A DNA stretch of 51,779 nt from Penicillus capitatus (taxonomy: Eukaryota; Plantae; Chlorophyta), in the NCBI GenBank assembly GCA_965649825.1, contig OZ287720.1, positions 1 through 51,779 on the forward strand, read 5' to 3'. Shown piece by piece: positions 12,825 to 24,529 of the stretch. The stretch's first letter is position 1. Each line of letters begins with the position of its first letter. Under the pieces are notes generated by a model. That model searched no databases. It had not been told where the DNA came from and saw nothing but the letters and a program-made list of their open reading frames with translations. A program made the position numbers and the translations under genes.

Positions 12825-13761
12825 TTATTCAGCACGCTTAAAAAACTTGATCCCTTCGTCGTCTGCAGACGTTCCGCGAAAGAGTCTATGTTTGCAGCAC
12901 ACAGAACGGCGATTACTCGTGTGACGATGGTGTGTAGTAAAGAATCGTACTTTGCTTGGCCCTTGGCCTCCAGAACGCCCACGGCTCGTATGACAATCTC
13001 TCTGTCGAGTCCTTCTAGCTCTAAACAGGGAACGATGCCTTTTTGACGGACGCATTGTGCTGGCGAAGGGTGACATGCCTGTGCCCGAGGTCTCCTCTCC
13101 ATGCGAGATATCGTCGACTGTCAGGACAGACTCTTCCAGACCGAAGGAGTAAACCCATTCCATGAGTGTATCTGCCCATTGTGCAATCTAACGACACCGA
13201 AAGCGCTTTCTGCTCTGTGGATGAGACACTCATTTCCACTTACTGTTTTCCACAGGACAAGGAGCTGCTTCTCATCGTCTCCTTTCCACAGACCATACCC
13301 TGAAGTGTATGCAAGACCCGACCTCCAATCGAGTAAGGCTCAAATGCATACCTCTCTTCACCAGCCAGTCGAAGAACACTCTCTTCGCGTCTCCATTCAG
13401 ACTTCCTGCCGCACAGCCATCTCATACATTACTGTGATGTGACACTCAGTGTGCCCTACGCTTGATCGATTTGTTGCAGAAGAGATCGGATTCATCGGTG
13501 TCGTCTGTCCGCAGTACATAAATCTACGCAGCAGCAGAACGTCGAGTCGACCTTCTCAGGGCACTCATGGACCATCGACTTTGTGGTGTTTGCAGTAGCT
13601 GAGGATGAGGGAACCCCACGAACTGCATTGCTTCTCTCGGGTGATGTCCACCGGTTGCAATCTGGAGCCGTCCAACAGCGCATCCCAGAACACGCACGAC
13701 CCTACGTGTAGTAAGGAGGATAGTCGTGGAACGCGGGGAACTCGAAAGCGTCGGTCGCCAT
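12825..13761 (-). CDS. VPS25: ESCRT-II subunit VPS25; multi-exon
   Basis: Manual translation from ATG 13761 gives MATDAFEFPAFHDYPPYYTLQPVDITREKQ...LILSYCKHHK. The C-terminus is LFRGTSADDEGIKFF. Confidence 0.88.
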
Positions 13762-14039
13762 CTCATGGACGCGTGATGTGACGTCGGTGAGCCCATCGTT
13801 CGATCAGTGTTACACTCGCAATTATAACGAACAAAGGCTATTATTCGCCGACAGATTGCTCTCATAGATTCGAAGTCTTTCATAGATAGCCGCGAAGAGT
13901 CACATCGTGGTGGTGATGAGTATCCACTCTTCTTGTGCATCTATTTCATTCATTAAAGACATTTCATTGTCTCGCTTCGACGGTGCTCTATGCCCACAGT
14001 GGCTGCATATCCCACGAGACCTTTTGCTTCTTGTCTTCT

Positions 14040-15193
14040 TCAATCTTCCAATGCACTTATTAGGGATGCATAGCTTGCCGAGGATCTATCCAGCCTGAGC
14101 TGACTATTACTGTGTGTCCTCTGAAAAGCATTCTTGAAACAAAAGATCAAAACCGTGACGTTGTCATGTACCCCGAACTTCTTGGCAGCTTTCACCTGAC
14201 ACCACGTTACATCCATCCATGCAAACGTACAGATAAGGGCAAGAGGGCTAACTAACCACTGCCTCAGCTGCTGTTTCGGGTGCGTTGTGCTCGACAAGAC
14301 TCTTTCGTGCAATTCGAATGATTTGACCGGGGGTCATCACATCTAAGGCACCGTCCGATGTCAGCACCACAAATTCATCCGACGTCTCGATTTTCTGCTC
14401 CAACAGGTCCGGCTCTGCAATGAGAAATCCCGACCCGTCTTCATTCTTGAGCTCTGTGTATTGAAAATCTCCGATGGCTCGCGATACCTGTAGTTCGCCA
14501 TTGAGATATCCTTCCGAGTCGATGTGGCCTCCGGCGCTCTCGATTCGTTGTCTCTCGGAGGGTGTCGTTGGTCGATGATCGGTCGATAGATCCACCGCCC
14601 GACCATTCCGACAGAGAATCGCACGGCAATCTCCAACATGTGCCACAAACAAACGCATTTCCAGCACCGCTGCAGCCATCACCGTTGTCCCCGAATGCGA
14701 TAAACCTCCTTCCTTCACCACTTGCAGAAATTCTAAATCCGTCCTCACAAAACTCTCGCGCTATACCATCGGTCATGCATCTCGGACAATGTACACAAGA
14801 GACTAAGAGATTACCAGTGCCGTAGCGGGATCATTTGTGAGGGCTGGATGTTTCAACATAAATCTCAAGAGGTTTCGAGAGGCGAAGTTTGCCGCATCTG
14901 CTCCACCGTGTCCGTCGCAGACCTGTGTACAGAACTGCCTCGTGCCCATAGATCGCTAAGATACGTTAAGATACGGAAAGATACGTATCTCTTGGGGAGA
15001 GCACTCAGCTTACAACATAGAATCCGCGCCAAGCGCCGAGGTGTGGTCGATTTTGGGACAACAATGCCCAGTGTGCGTCTTCTTGAGTGGCACGCCCTCC
15101 AACATCCGCTGCTGCGCCGTGGCGCAAAAAATCACTCGATGAACATTCGCCGGCTGTGCCGTGTTCGGTGTCCAAAGAAACCATAACGGACAT
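14040..15193 (-). CDS. PP2C/PPM protein phosphatase; multi-exon
   Basis: GGRATQED, VCDGHGG, SGTT, AHVGDCRA, DHRP, LQVSRAIGD, LTSDG and HDNVTV motifs in order. The start codon is approximate. Confidence 0.9.
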
Positions 15194-15216
15194 TTCCGTG
15201 GTCATCTGCTTTCAAA

Positions 15217-16542
15217 ATGAAAAGCGCACGAAAACGCAACGTCCAAGAAGACGATGCCACGTCAAAGAAACAGAGAACGTCACATGGTCCAGGTGACACG
15301 CCAATAAGAGGGTGAGAAGTCCTTGACGGTGCGATGGATACTAGACACCATGACTGACAACGTGGTCTCAGCCTTGCGAAAGATTCGCTGCCACGTTGGC
15401 GTTTCTGCCAAGTTTAACAAAGCTGCCCGATTGGTTTTGAGCCTCTGCCAAGAAGGACACATAACAACGGCATCTGGCTCCCTGTTCTTTCAAGTACAGT
15501 GCTCGTCGCACCGAGGCGGGGCCAAGAATGTGATGGAAATGTAGATATTGATGATTGCTATGATGGATAAAGATGCTTCCCTGGCGACGGAGCATCGCAA
15601 GGGCTACTGCAAGCTGATCACAGAAGGAGTAAAATTGGCATCATTGTTCACGCCGTCGCAGAGGAAGATGTTGGAAGTTTATCAGATTTGGACCATCTGC
15701 CGTAGTGAACTGAACACAGACGACTCTTTCCTTTTTGGCAAGAACATGTCAAGACTCAGGGTCTTGCGATTCTGTTGCTTACTCTTGTTACTAGATTACC
15801 TTTTTGCGCAGGAAATGGCCCTTCAGCTGCCTTCCTGTACAGAGGCTGACGACGCCGCTGTGCTTAGATGGAAGCAAAAAATGGCAAGAGATGATGATAG
15901 ACATAGTTAAGAGAGATGGAAACGGTTACTGTGCTTAGGATCATGCTAAGGAATACTATCACAAGCATCGCCGTGGACTTGAAAATTGGACAGATGAAAA
16001 CCTGCCGGCTGAGCTCACACTGTATGTCTTATCAGAATTTGAGACTGTGATACAGTGGGATGTCTGTGTGCAGGGAATGGGACGAAGAAGAATGTCTCGT
16101 TGCAAAGAGAGGAGCAATTGTGGACTGGTTGGAAGCCTCGAAGAGCATGTATCGACATCAGTGGGCATGCACAGCTGTGGATATGTCTATTCATGTCAGC
16201 ACTTACCTGTTGCCGTTGCACAATCCTTACGGATGGCTGATGAAGGTTTTGAACAAAAACAAGGATAAGTTCTGCAAAGAGCACAGAGACCGGATTGAGA
16301 CGTTGTTGAAGTTCTCAAAGGACCAGAAACTGCGACGTCAACAGGTGGACCGACCGTCCCTCATTCCACATAACACTCCCTTGAGTACTGCTCCTTGCTT
16401 TTAGGGACCATCGATGAAAGAGAAACGACGTGATGTCACTGCTTTTGAAGAAGCAAGAATCGAGTGGTCTAAGGAGAAGGTGTCGAATAGAGGCATGGTT
16501 GGTGCCAGTGGAGATCACAGATCTGAGGCATGGCTGGGATAG
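15217..16542 (+). CDS. Conserved protein of unknown function (resembles a green-lineage family); multi-exon
   Basis: Coherent exons SALRKIRCHVGVSAKFNKAARL, ELNTDDSF, LEASKSMYRHQWA, KFCKEHRDRIETL, ending VTAFEEARIEWSKEKVSNRGMVGASGDHRSEAWLG*. The family resemblance is from recall only. Confidence 0.6.
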
Positions 16543-16759
16543 TACCCAAAGTTCCATTCCTGTTGTCCACGACAAGAATGCACATTACCTCGAATCAGGC
16601 GTGATCGGATTGTCGATATTATTTCTGTGGTGATCCGTTTTCCGATATTCCTCTGTTTGCGCGATTCTAAACATTTGCGTCGTACAAGAGATCAGCTCTG
16701 TTTTGAGTGGACGCTGCCGATGGCGTTTCAGTTGAAAGCGAGCGAGAAAGAAAAGTCCA

Positions 16760-18590
16760 TTAAGAGACAATGTGTGCAATGAATGCGATGAAAGCCACAC
16801 GTAAGACGAGACGAATCAGGCGCCGCGATCGAGAGAGCGCTTCCAAGTCTGCAGAGGACTCGTCTTCGCAACAGGGATAGTCTCCGGCAAGTGCGACCGC
16901 TCTTCCAGCATTCAATCGTCCGCCTGTGCGAGCGGACGTGTAGACTGGACATGACACCTGTCTTACCTGATAGCGTTTTGCCTTCCAGGTCCGGGACAGG
17001 ATCAACGGACAACAGGATGATCTCTTTGACTTTCATTCCTCTGGCGTGTGTAGAATTCTTCTCTTTGGATATCGTCGACAGAACAAGAGCGGCTGTTGCT
17101 GCAACCAGCGGCGTCGCAGCCGATGTGCCTTTAGCATAGCCATAGCCGAAATGACGCTGTGTGCTCAAAATATCGACTCCAGGGGCGCCGAGATCGATGG
17201 ACGTAGCGCCGAAATTCGAGAAATCTGCTAGCTGATCGTCTCGCGTCGTCGCTGCCACCGAGAGAATGATCGGCGAGTGTAGACTCGCAGGAAACTCTGG
17301 CTCCATATCGGCATTTCGATCTACACAACACCTCAGGCCTTCATCTCTGAAGTCATATCTAAAACACGCACGTTTGTTGCCGGCAGCGGCGACGTAAAGC
17401 TGGTCGGTTCGCTCCAAGACGTTCAAGAGTCGAGAGAATGCGACTGAGTATTTAATGTCGGGTGTTCCAAAGGAATTGGAAGTGATGTGGGCGCCCATTT
17501 CCAGACTGTATTCGACAGCTGCGATCACGTCCGACAAACGACCGTTGCCGTTCGCATCCAGCGCCTTGATCGCCATGATACGCACGTTGGGTGAAACGCC
17601 ACTGACACGCTCCTTTACATTCGCAACGCCTCCGACGATTCCGGCACAATGTGTGCCATGACCGTTGTCGTCGTACGGATCGCTGTCGTCGTTTGCAAAG
17701 TCGTAGCCAAAGACGTCATCCACAAAACCGTTTCCATCATCATCGATGCCGTTGTCCGGAATCTCACCTTCGCTCGTTTGAAATCGTCTTCACGCAGACA
17801 GTTACTGAGAAAGAAGACACCTCGATTCATCCAGATGTTGGTTTGGAGGTCTGGATGTGTATAGTCGATCCCCGTGTCAATGATAGCAACGATGATGTCG
17901 TCGCTGCCTTTGCTGTAGTCCCAGGCATTGAACCCGTCCGATCCGTGAACAGAGATTGCTTCTATATGCCACTGCTTAAAATTCTGTTCCGCCAAAATGT
18001 GCACTTCTGCATCGAGTTCTGCTTGATCAGGGTCTGCCTTGATAAAGGAATGATGTCTTGGAAGAGATTGTGGCGTCGAGTTGACGCACCTTCATCCAGG
18101 TAGTCACCGAGGCATTCGATACCCCGCGAAATGTCTTCCTGGTCTGCGAGGTGATGCGTCTCGATGATTAACACATCGGATTTCGGACAGTGCTTGACAG
18201 AGACGAAGACGTCGCTGACAGCGACATCACAGGAGACGACGCTCAGATTCAGCAGCGAACAGGCTCGACGAGTCTGTACACAATTCCGAGCCCTCCCTCA
18301 CTGTCGAGTGCTTCGTAACTCTTGTAACCTTTTCTGCTCGGAAAGCACCAGATGCGGTAGAGGATGGTCGTGGACCGTTCAGCGTCACAATGAGCCTGTT
18401 GCTTTTGCGTTCGTTGTAAGATTCATCGGAGAAACTGGACGCCTAGGGCGAAGTCGAGTCGACGGTTTGTTATCAAGCTGAATGCATATAAGACCTCCGG
18501 CACAGAAGTCACGAATGTCTTGATAAACATTGTAACAAAAAGGAAAGCGACCAACAGCCTTCGTAAATAAACGACACCTGTACGTTCCAT
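16760..18590 (-). CDS. Subtilisin-like serine protease (S8) with N-terminal hydrophobic segment; multi-exon
   Basis: Catalytic Asp (IIDTGID), His (DDNGHGTHCAG), oxyanion Asn (AAAGN) and Ser (GTSAATP). Confidence 0.9.
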
Positions 18591-18728
18591 TTTCGACTCT
18601 GTGTTTTTGCTAAGGTGTCGTTTCCATTTCCAAAGACGTCGCCTCGATATAGCCGAACCATAACTTTGCGACACATTGTATTTGTGATGGTTCCGAAAGA
18701 TACGTAGGTACAAAGACGTGTGAGTAAT

Positions 18729-19940
18729 TTACGTACCGCACGTTACCGCGAGGTTGGAACATCTCCTCTAGCATCTTTGATCACAGAATTCGTTCGCAGT
18801 GTATCCAAGTTGGAGCTGTTTCTTACGTTGATGATATCGTTGTGGGAGGGTCTTCTGAGGAGGAACATGACGCCCGATTACAGGCACTTTTCCAAGTTTT
18901 GTTGCGCTACGGCTTTCGTTTGAATTCGAATAAGATAAAAATTGCGACGGATCGGGTACAATTTTTAGGATTTGATTTATTTCACGGGACTTATTCTTTG
19001 CAATCATTTATTCTTAGTCAACAACAAGCACCCCCGCGAGCAAGATCTCAGCAAGAGGTACGCAAATTGTTGGGACTGTTTAATTTTGTCAGAGGATTTG
19101 TCCCACGATTGGATGTGTTGTTATTGCTTTTACAGGAAGTTAAAAAAATCAATGGCGCAAAGAAAGTCATTGCGGCTTTACAAGACACGTGTTGTTCTAT
19201 TTAGCATTACAATTTTCACAAAACCTTAATTTGTCAATTTTTGATGCTTATGTTGATACAATTTGGACTCTCAGTGTTGTTTGGTCAACTACAGGGATGG
19301 GATATGTGTTGTTTCGAGGACTCATTGAAGATCGACGAATAATCTCTATTGGATCCAAAAGCTTGGGGGAACACCTCTCAAGTCGCCTTGGAGAGTTGCT
19401 GGCAGTTAAGTGGTCTCTTAACCAAGTGAAAGCAATCATGACCGGACAGAAGATGGTGTTACTTTCTGATTCCGCTTCGGTGGCGGCACGATTACTGAGA
19501 GAGCCCAAGAGCCGAGACGTCGAGACGTGAGGCAGGCACGCTTGTATGCGTGGATATGGTCAAATTATTCTATTGGAACACGCCTCGTGCCAAAACACTG
19601 CCCGGGCGACTTCAATATTCTCGCAGACCTTTTGTCTCGCTGAGCACATGAGGAAAACAACCCGACTTGTGATCTAACGAATGTGAGTGACGATATCGAA
19701 GATGGCACTCCTCCTACAGATGCTTGGGATATCATCCGGCAAACACACGAAGAAGGACATTACGGCGACAATGCGACCTACTTACACATGAAGCGAGATG
19801 GACACTCATGGGCCGGGATGCGACGCATGGTGGAGGATGTGGTGCGCTCGTGCCGAAACTGCCAGTACTTTAGACGAGAAAAGTACTCGCATTGTTTTCG
19901 CACTAGAGTTTGCACACAACCTGGGGAGCTGACGGGGATG
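18729..19940 (+). mobile_element. Degenerate Ty3/gypsy-type LTR retrotransposon pol fragment (RT-RNase H-integrase Zn finger)
   Basis: YRTLPRGW...YVDD...QFLG (RT), GELLAVKWSL...NILADLLSR (RNase H) and HEEGH...CRNC (integrase HHCC), in gypsy order with frameshifts and stops. No gag, protease, integrase DDE core or LTRs are visible. Confidence 0.85.
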
Positions 19941-20589
19941 CGTCGGACAACGTGCGCCGCGGACGCGCGCACGCGTAAAGACAAGCGGAGGGAGCAGTGT
20001 CGAGCAAATGCAAAGACTACAAGATGGTGCGCGCACGTCGGATAAATACCCTGGTCGCCTGCAGACGGACGTCACATCGCGAAACTGCGACGTGTCCGGT
20101 CCGACGGGGACCGTAAACCGTTGTACCGTACCCGTCAATCTGGCATAGGAGTTGGAACAACACATCGCGGACCTTCCAAAAGCCATGAACCTTCAGGTCG
20201 TCGAAACGGCACTGCTGGTCGGCAGTACAAATCAGTAGCTTCTAGAGCTTTTTGGAGCTTAAAACGCGATTTTGCATCAACGGTTCGTGTTAAAATGAAA
20301 AAAGTCTCAGCAGCAGCAGAAGCATGAAAAGAACTGGACGGGTGAAGTGTAATAATCCAGATTGCGTTAGAATTAGAAAGTCCTGCCGTTGTCTTAAGGT
20401 ATCTCTAAACTTACTGCCTTGTAAGATATGCGACTGCGTTGTCTGTGCAGCAATTGCTTAGGAACGTCCGCGAATCGACGTCGTCTTCCTCAACCGAGCC
20501 AAAAACACGAAGAAAAATAAACTCATCGCAAAAAATCAAGCGCCATCGTTTTTCTAAAAAGTTACATAATGATATGTGTCGCAAAGAAC

Positions 20590-22500
20590 ACGGATGGATC
20601 CGGACAGGAAGTTATTCGCGGTGTCGTTAATAAATGTACTGTTTAAGAGTATGGAAGCTTTAGTGTTGAGGTATTTTTCCTACTGCGGTATAGTGATAGG
20701 TGTTGTTTTAGGTAAATATTTATGCGAGTACAACTCCTATTGTTTTAGTATAGAAGTTGACGATGACGGCAGACGAGACGGAAGAGGTGTCGTCAGTTTC
20801 GTCACGGAGGATAATAATAATAACGTTGGCGGTTTTACATGACTTTTGTTTGTTTAAACATATCAGCCATGTAGGGTGTCGTTTAGGGCCCTAGTAAGCA
20901 GTCCACCCCGGTAACTGCCAACTGCCAAAATCCATCTTGTTTTGAACTACGGAGATTGAAAAGCAAAGAAAAAAACTCCAATCGTGAATTGTGAATTCTA
21001 ATTCGGTAAAGACAAGTCGAGCATGTTAGCCAGCTAAGGAGGTTGGTATTTCCTTTACCGATGAAACATTGTCTAAACAACCATTCTGCAGTCGTCACGG
21101 AGGATGGCAAAAAGCTGCCTTGAGAAAAACAACGTGGCATTTGACGGAAGGGTACCTATTGTTTGTAACGGTTGAGTAAAGACGATTCAATTTCTTTATT
21201 ACCGACAACGCATGGATGAATCAGTTTGCTAAAAAGAAATCATCGACAAATAATTCCTCTTTTGAATTCTACTTATGGGACGCAATCCAAACGTATACGG
21301 AAATGATCACTCCAACGACATCTATTTGTTTTCCAGCACCATCGTTTTTTCGTTGTTTTTCAGAGTAGAATACCAACCAGATTACCGAAGTTTAAACCGA
21401 AGCAGGGAGCAAAGAAAACATCCTAGCGAAGCCAATGGCAATGTTAAGCGTGGAACTGGTGAGACTGACGTACTCGAGTTCAAGAAGCAACATAGTATTT
21501 GTTTCGATATACAGGCACTGTGATGATTAGTGTAGTTTTTACTGTTCACTAACACACGTTCTTATGTTGTGCAAGTATCCAAGTATTGTTAACGACAAGT
21601 TCATCTTCTTTCTTATATTGTGTACTTCATTATCATGGCTTCTGCTTAACTACTATTCTCCTAAAGACACTTCACCGAACACGGCTGATGATATTGACCT
21701 AAACACCATCGACAAACAGAATTGTGCAGAAAGGGTTAAGTACATTGAATTGTCACGATCTGTCATAACGTGTGAATTGGACGAGTTGGATTCGCAAGAT
21801 CTCCGACAGATGCGACCATTTTAAGAGCCCAGTCTCCCCAACTATCTTTGCCATATACGTAAACGACATCCCGAAAACCTGCTTAGGAGATGTACAATGC
21901 CAAATATATGCCGACGACATCATCGTTTAGAAAGAAATTAAAAGAGATGGCACACATATCATTGATCTACAAAGCTCTACAGGGACTAAAAATCTGGTGC
22001 ATTGCGAATCGAATGAAATGCAACAAAGAGAAGACACAAATGATCCGCATGACACGTCTGCGTAGGGCAACGAAGCCCCCTGTTAGAATTCCATGGATCA
22101 GCTCTGCATAAAGTTAAGACTTTCAGGTATTTAGGTATTCTGCAAGCAAAGATTTTTAGGTATCTGGGTATCATCTCGTACTTTAGGTTCTTCTTTAATG
22201 GTCATCTTAGTAAATTGGAAAAGCAAGCAGTGTTGCGAGTGTTGAGGATTTACTCTCCTTCGGCGTCCAATTGGGGATCTACAATTCTCACGTCGTTTGA
22301 TTCGCATCATGATTGCCACTCCACCCGTTATCCTACGTTACTGAGGGCTGGGACCCATTCGTTTTTTGCAATCAAATTAGCAAGCAAGACACGTATAAAC
22401 CGAATCCTCTAAACAGTCGCTTTCATTATCGCAGGAGCCTTCAAAACTCCTCTCCATTCAGCGTTGCTATATACACCTCGCACGATTCGAACGCTTTAAA
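20590..22500 (+). mobile_element. Fragmented non-LTR (LINE) reverse transcriptase remnant
   Basis: Core 21830-22200 reads PTIFAIYVNDIP...YADD (21907-21918)...WCIANRMKCNKEKTQ...FRYLG. Downstream is IAGAFKTP; an upstream piece reads VSLINVLFKSMEALV (~20610). Multiple stops and frameshifts. The upstream pieces are less certain. Confidence 0.75.
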
Positions 22501-22916
22501 GATCTGAACGAGCTCAGAATAGTCCGTCATGCCAACTTCCTGGGACGACAAACACCTTAAGACCGAAACCCAACCTATTCGCCTAGCTCATCTGGGGAAA
22601 CGCTATCTATCCCTTTTGTCGGAAAGATGTATGTTACTATGCGGTGAGTCTAATTTTACTTTGAAAAGTCATTGTCCTGCTCGTTTTTCGTACAAAGAAG
22701 GATCATAGGTTACATGCAGTCGAACGAAGTATCAACGGCTATTGCCATAGCTTTCGATCACCCCTTAAATTCTGGCATTTTAGCATTGATCGCTTGGCAA
22801 GGGCGTCGAAACAAAAGCAGTGTCAGCGAATCGTGCAACTACAAAAACCTTACATCGCATCCCAAAATACGTCACGTCATCGCAACTGCCGAAAAGGCTC
22901 GCTCATTCCATCGACC

Positions 22917-24480
22917 ATGGGATCCAAAGGTGCGCGGCGACGCTTAAAACAAAAACGCAAGGAGCTCGCGAATGACGTCAGAAAACAAACACAGACCTAC
23001 ACTGTCTTAAAGGCATGAACTCCTGTCCCTAGATCGATGATTTTCTTGACAGTCGAAATCAACACGCGTCGAACAATCTCTCCCAAGCACACGACAATGA
23101 TTTGTTCTCTATAGACAAGGTGAATAGCACCCGCATCCCATATCAGCTGATTTTTTTCCTGTGGGTCAGTCTGGGTTAAAACCAAATGTCACATCAAACA
23201 AGAAGTCAAGTGATACAGGACGTCCTCCCATTCGACAATTGACACCATCGAAGAAACGGGGCATCACCAAGAAAACCAAACCGCGAAACAAAGCTCAACT
23301 CTCCGCTCAAAAGGGTGAGTGAGATCTATGCGAGAATGAGATCACATAATCGTTGCGTTGACACATGACAGCTGAGGAGTTCTTTGATATCTGGGCCGTG
23401 GATGCTGAACGCACTAAACAGGACCGCGACCCTGATGCTCCCACTATCTGGAAAGGAGATCGAACTCCGAGACCTGGAAAGGGACCACGACCGAACATGC
23501 CTGCTGTCATTGTTGATGAACCTGGTTGTTCCTTCAATCCTGACCCTGTTCAACACCAAGTTTTGCCATCCAGCTGCATACGACACAGACGATGGGTATT
23601 TGTCTTTCTTAGGCAGCGATGCGAAAGAAGGAGATCGCGATGCAGACAACAAACAAACCAGCAGATGTGACAGTACTAGATCTCCTGCAGCAGGAGCAGC
23701 TTTTTGATGAACTGGAGCAGATAAACGTCGACAGATCCTCACTCGTTTTGCACGTCACGTTTTTATTTCTCTTTCAGATTGGCGAAGATGCATCGAGCGA
23801 TGATGAGGAAGAGAAACCAGGAATCGTCTACCGACCTAAGATTCCTGAAAAGAAAACGCGCACACAGCGTAACAAAGAAGTGATGCCATCCTCGATGAAT
23901 CACTCATGAATGCGAGGCAGTTTATTCTTAGAAACGACATAAGGAGTACTTGAAGGCAATTGAAGAGCGAAAGAAGCTGAAGAAGTTCCATGCACAGATC
24001 AACAACATCAAAGAGATCGATCGGAACATCACGAAGCAGATCCGACAGAGTCACCTCAAGAACCTTGCGAGAATCGTGGGGTGTCCTTCCAAGAGTCCTC
24101 ATCGCCATCTTTGTGGTCCCAGGAGAAACGAAGGATGCGTGACAGACACGGATTGCACAAACTTGGACGCAAAATGCTCAGAGAAGCTGCTGTGGAAGTA
24201 CAGAGCCCTGATGCTGCATCTGTACCCTGTCTAAGGAAGCTCCATGGCTCGAATGATTTAGCACTGCATCGTTACATCAGCCTGCAGAAAAGAGGCAAGA
24301 TCGAAACAGGACGCTTCCGTGGCAGAAGGAACAGAAAAAAGTCTCCAATGCATCGACGCCGATCTATGTCTTTTCACTTCTGTGATGTGACAGGTGTACA
24401 TACCACAGCGTTGGATTACAGAGAAGGCTGTTGGCAGAGGCAAAGAAAGAAACGCCTGTCTTACAGAAGAGAGTACATGA
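22917..24480 (+). CDS. NOP53: Ribosome biogenesis protein NOP53/GLTSCR2; multi-exon
   Basis: DLFSIDK, PAVIVDEPGCSFNPDPVQHQ, KKTRTQRNKE and LRKLHGS...RYISLQKRG motifs. The 3' exon is inferred. Confidence 0.8.
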
Positions 24481-24529
24481 GCTACATCATCAACTCCATC
24501 AGATCAAGCTCTCAGAGTCCGCCACTTGA

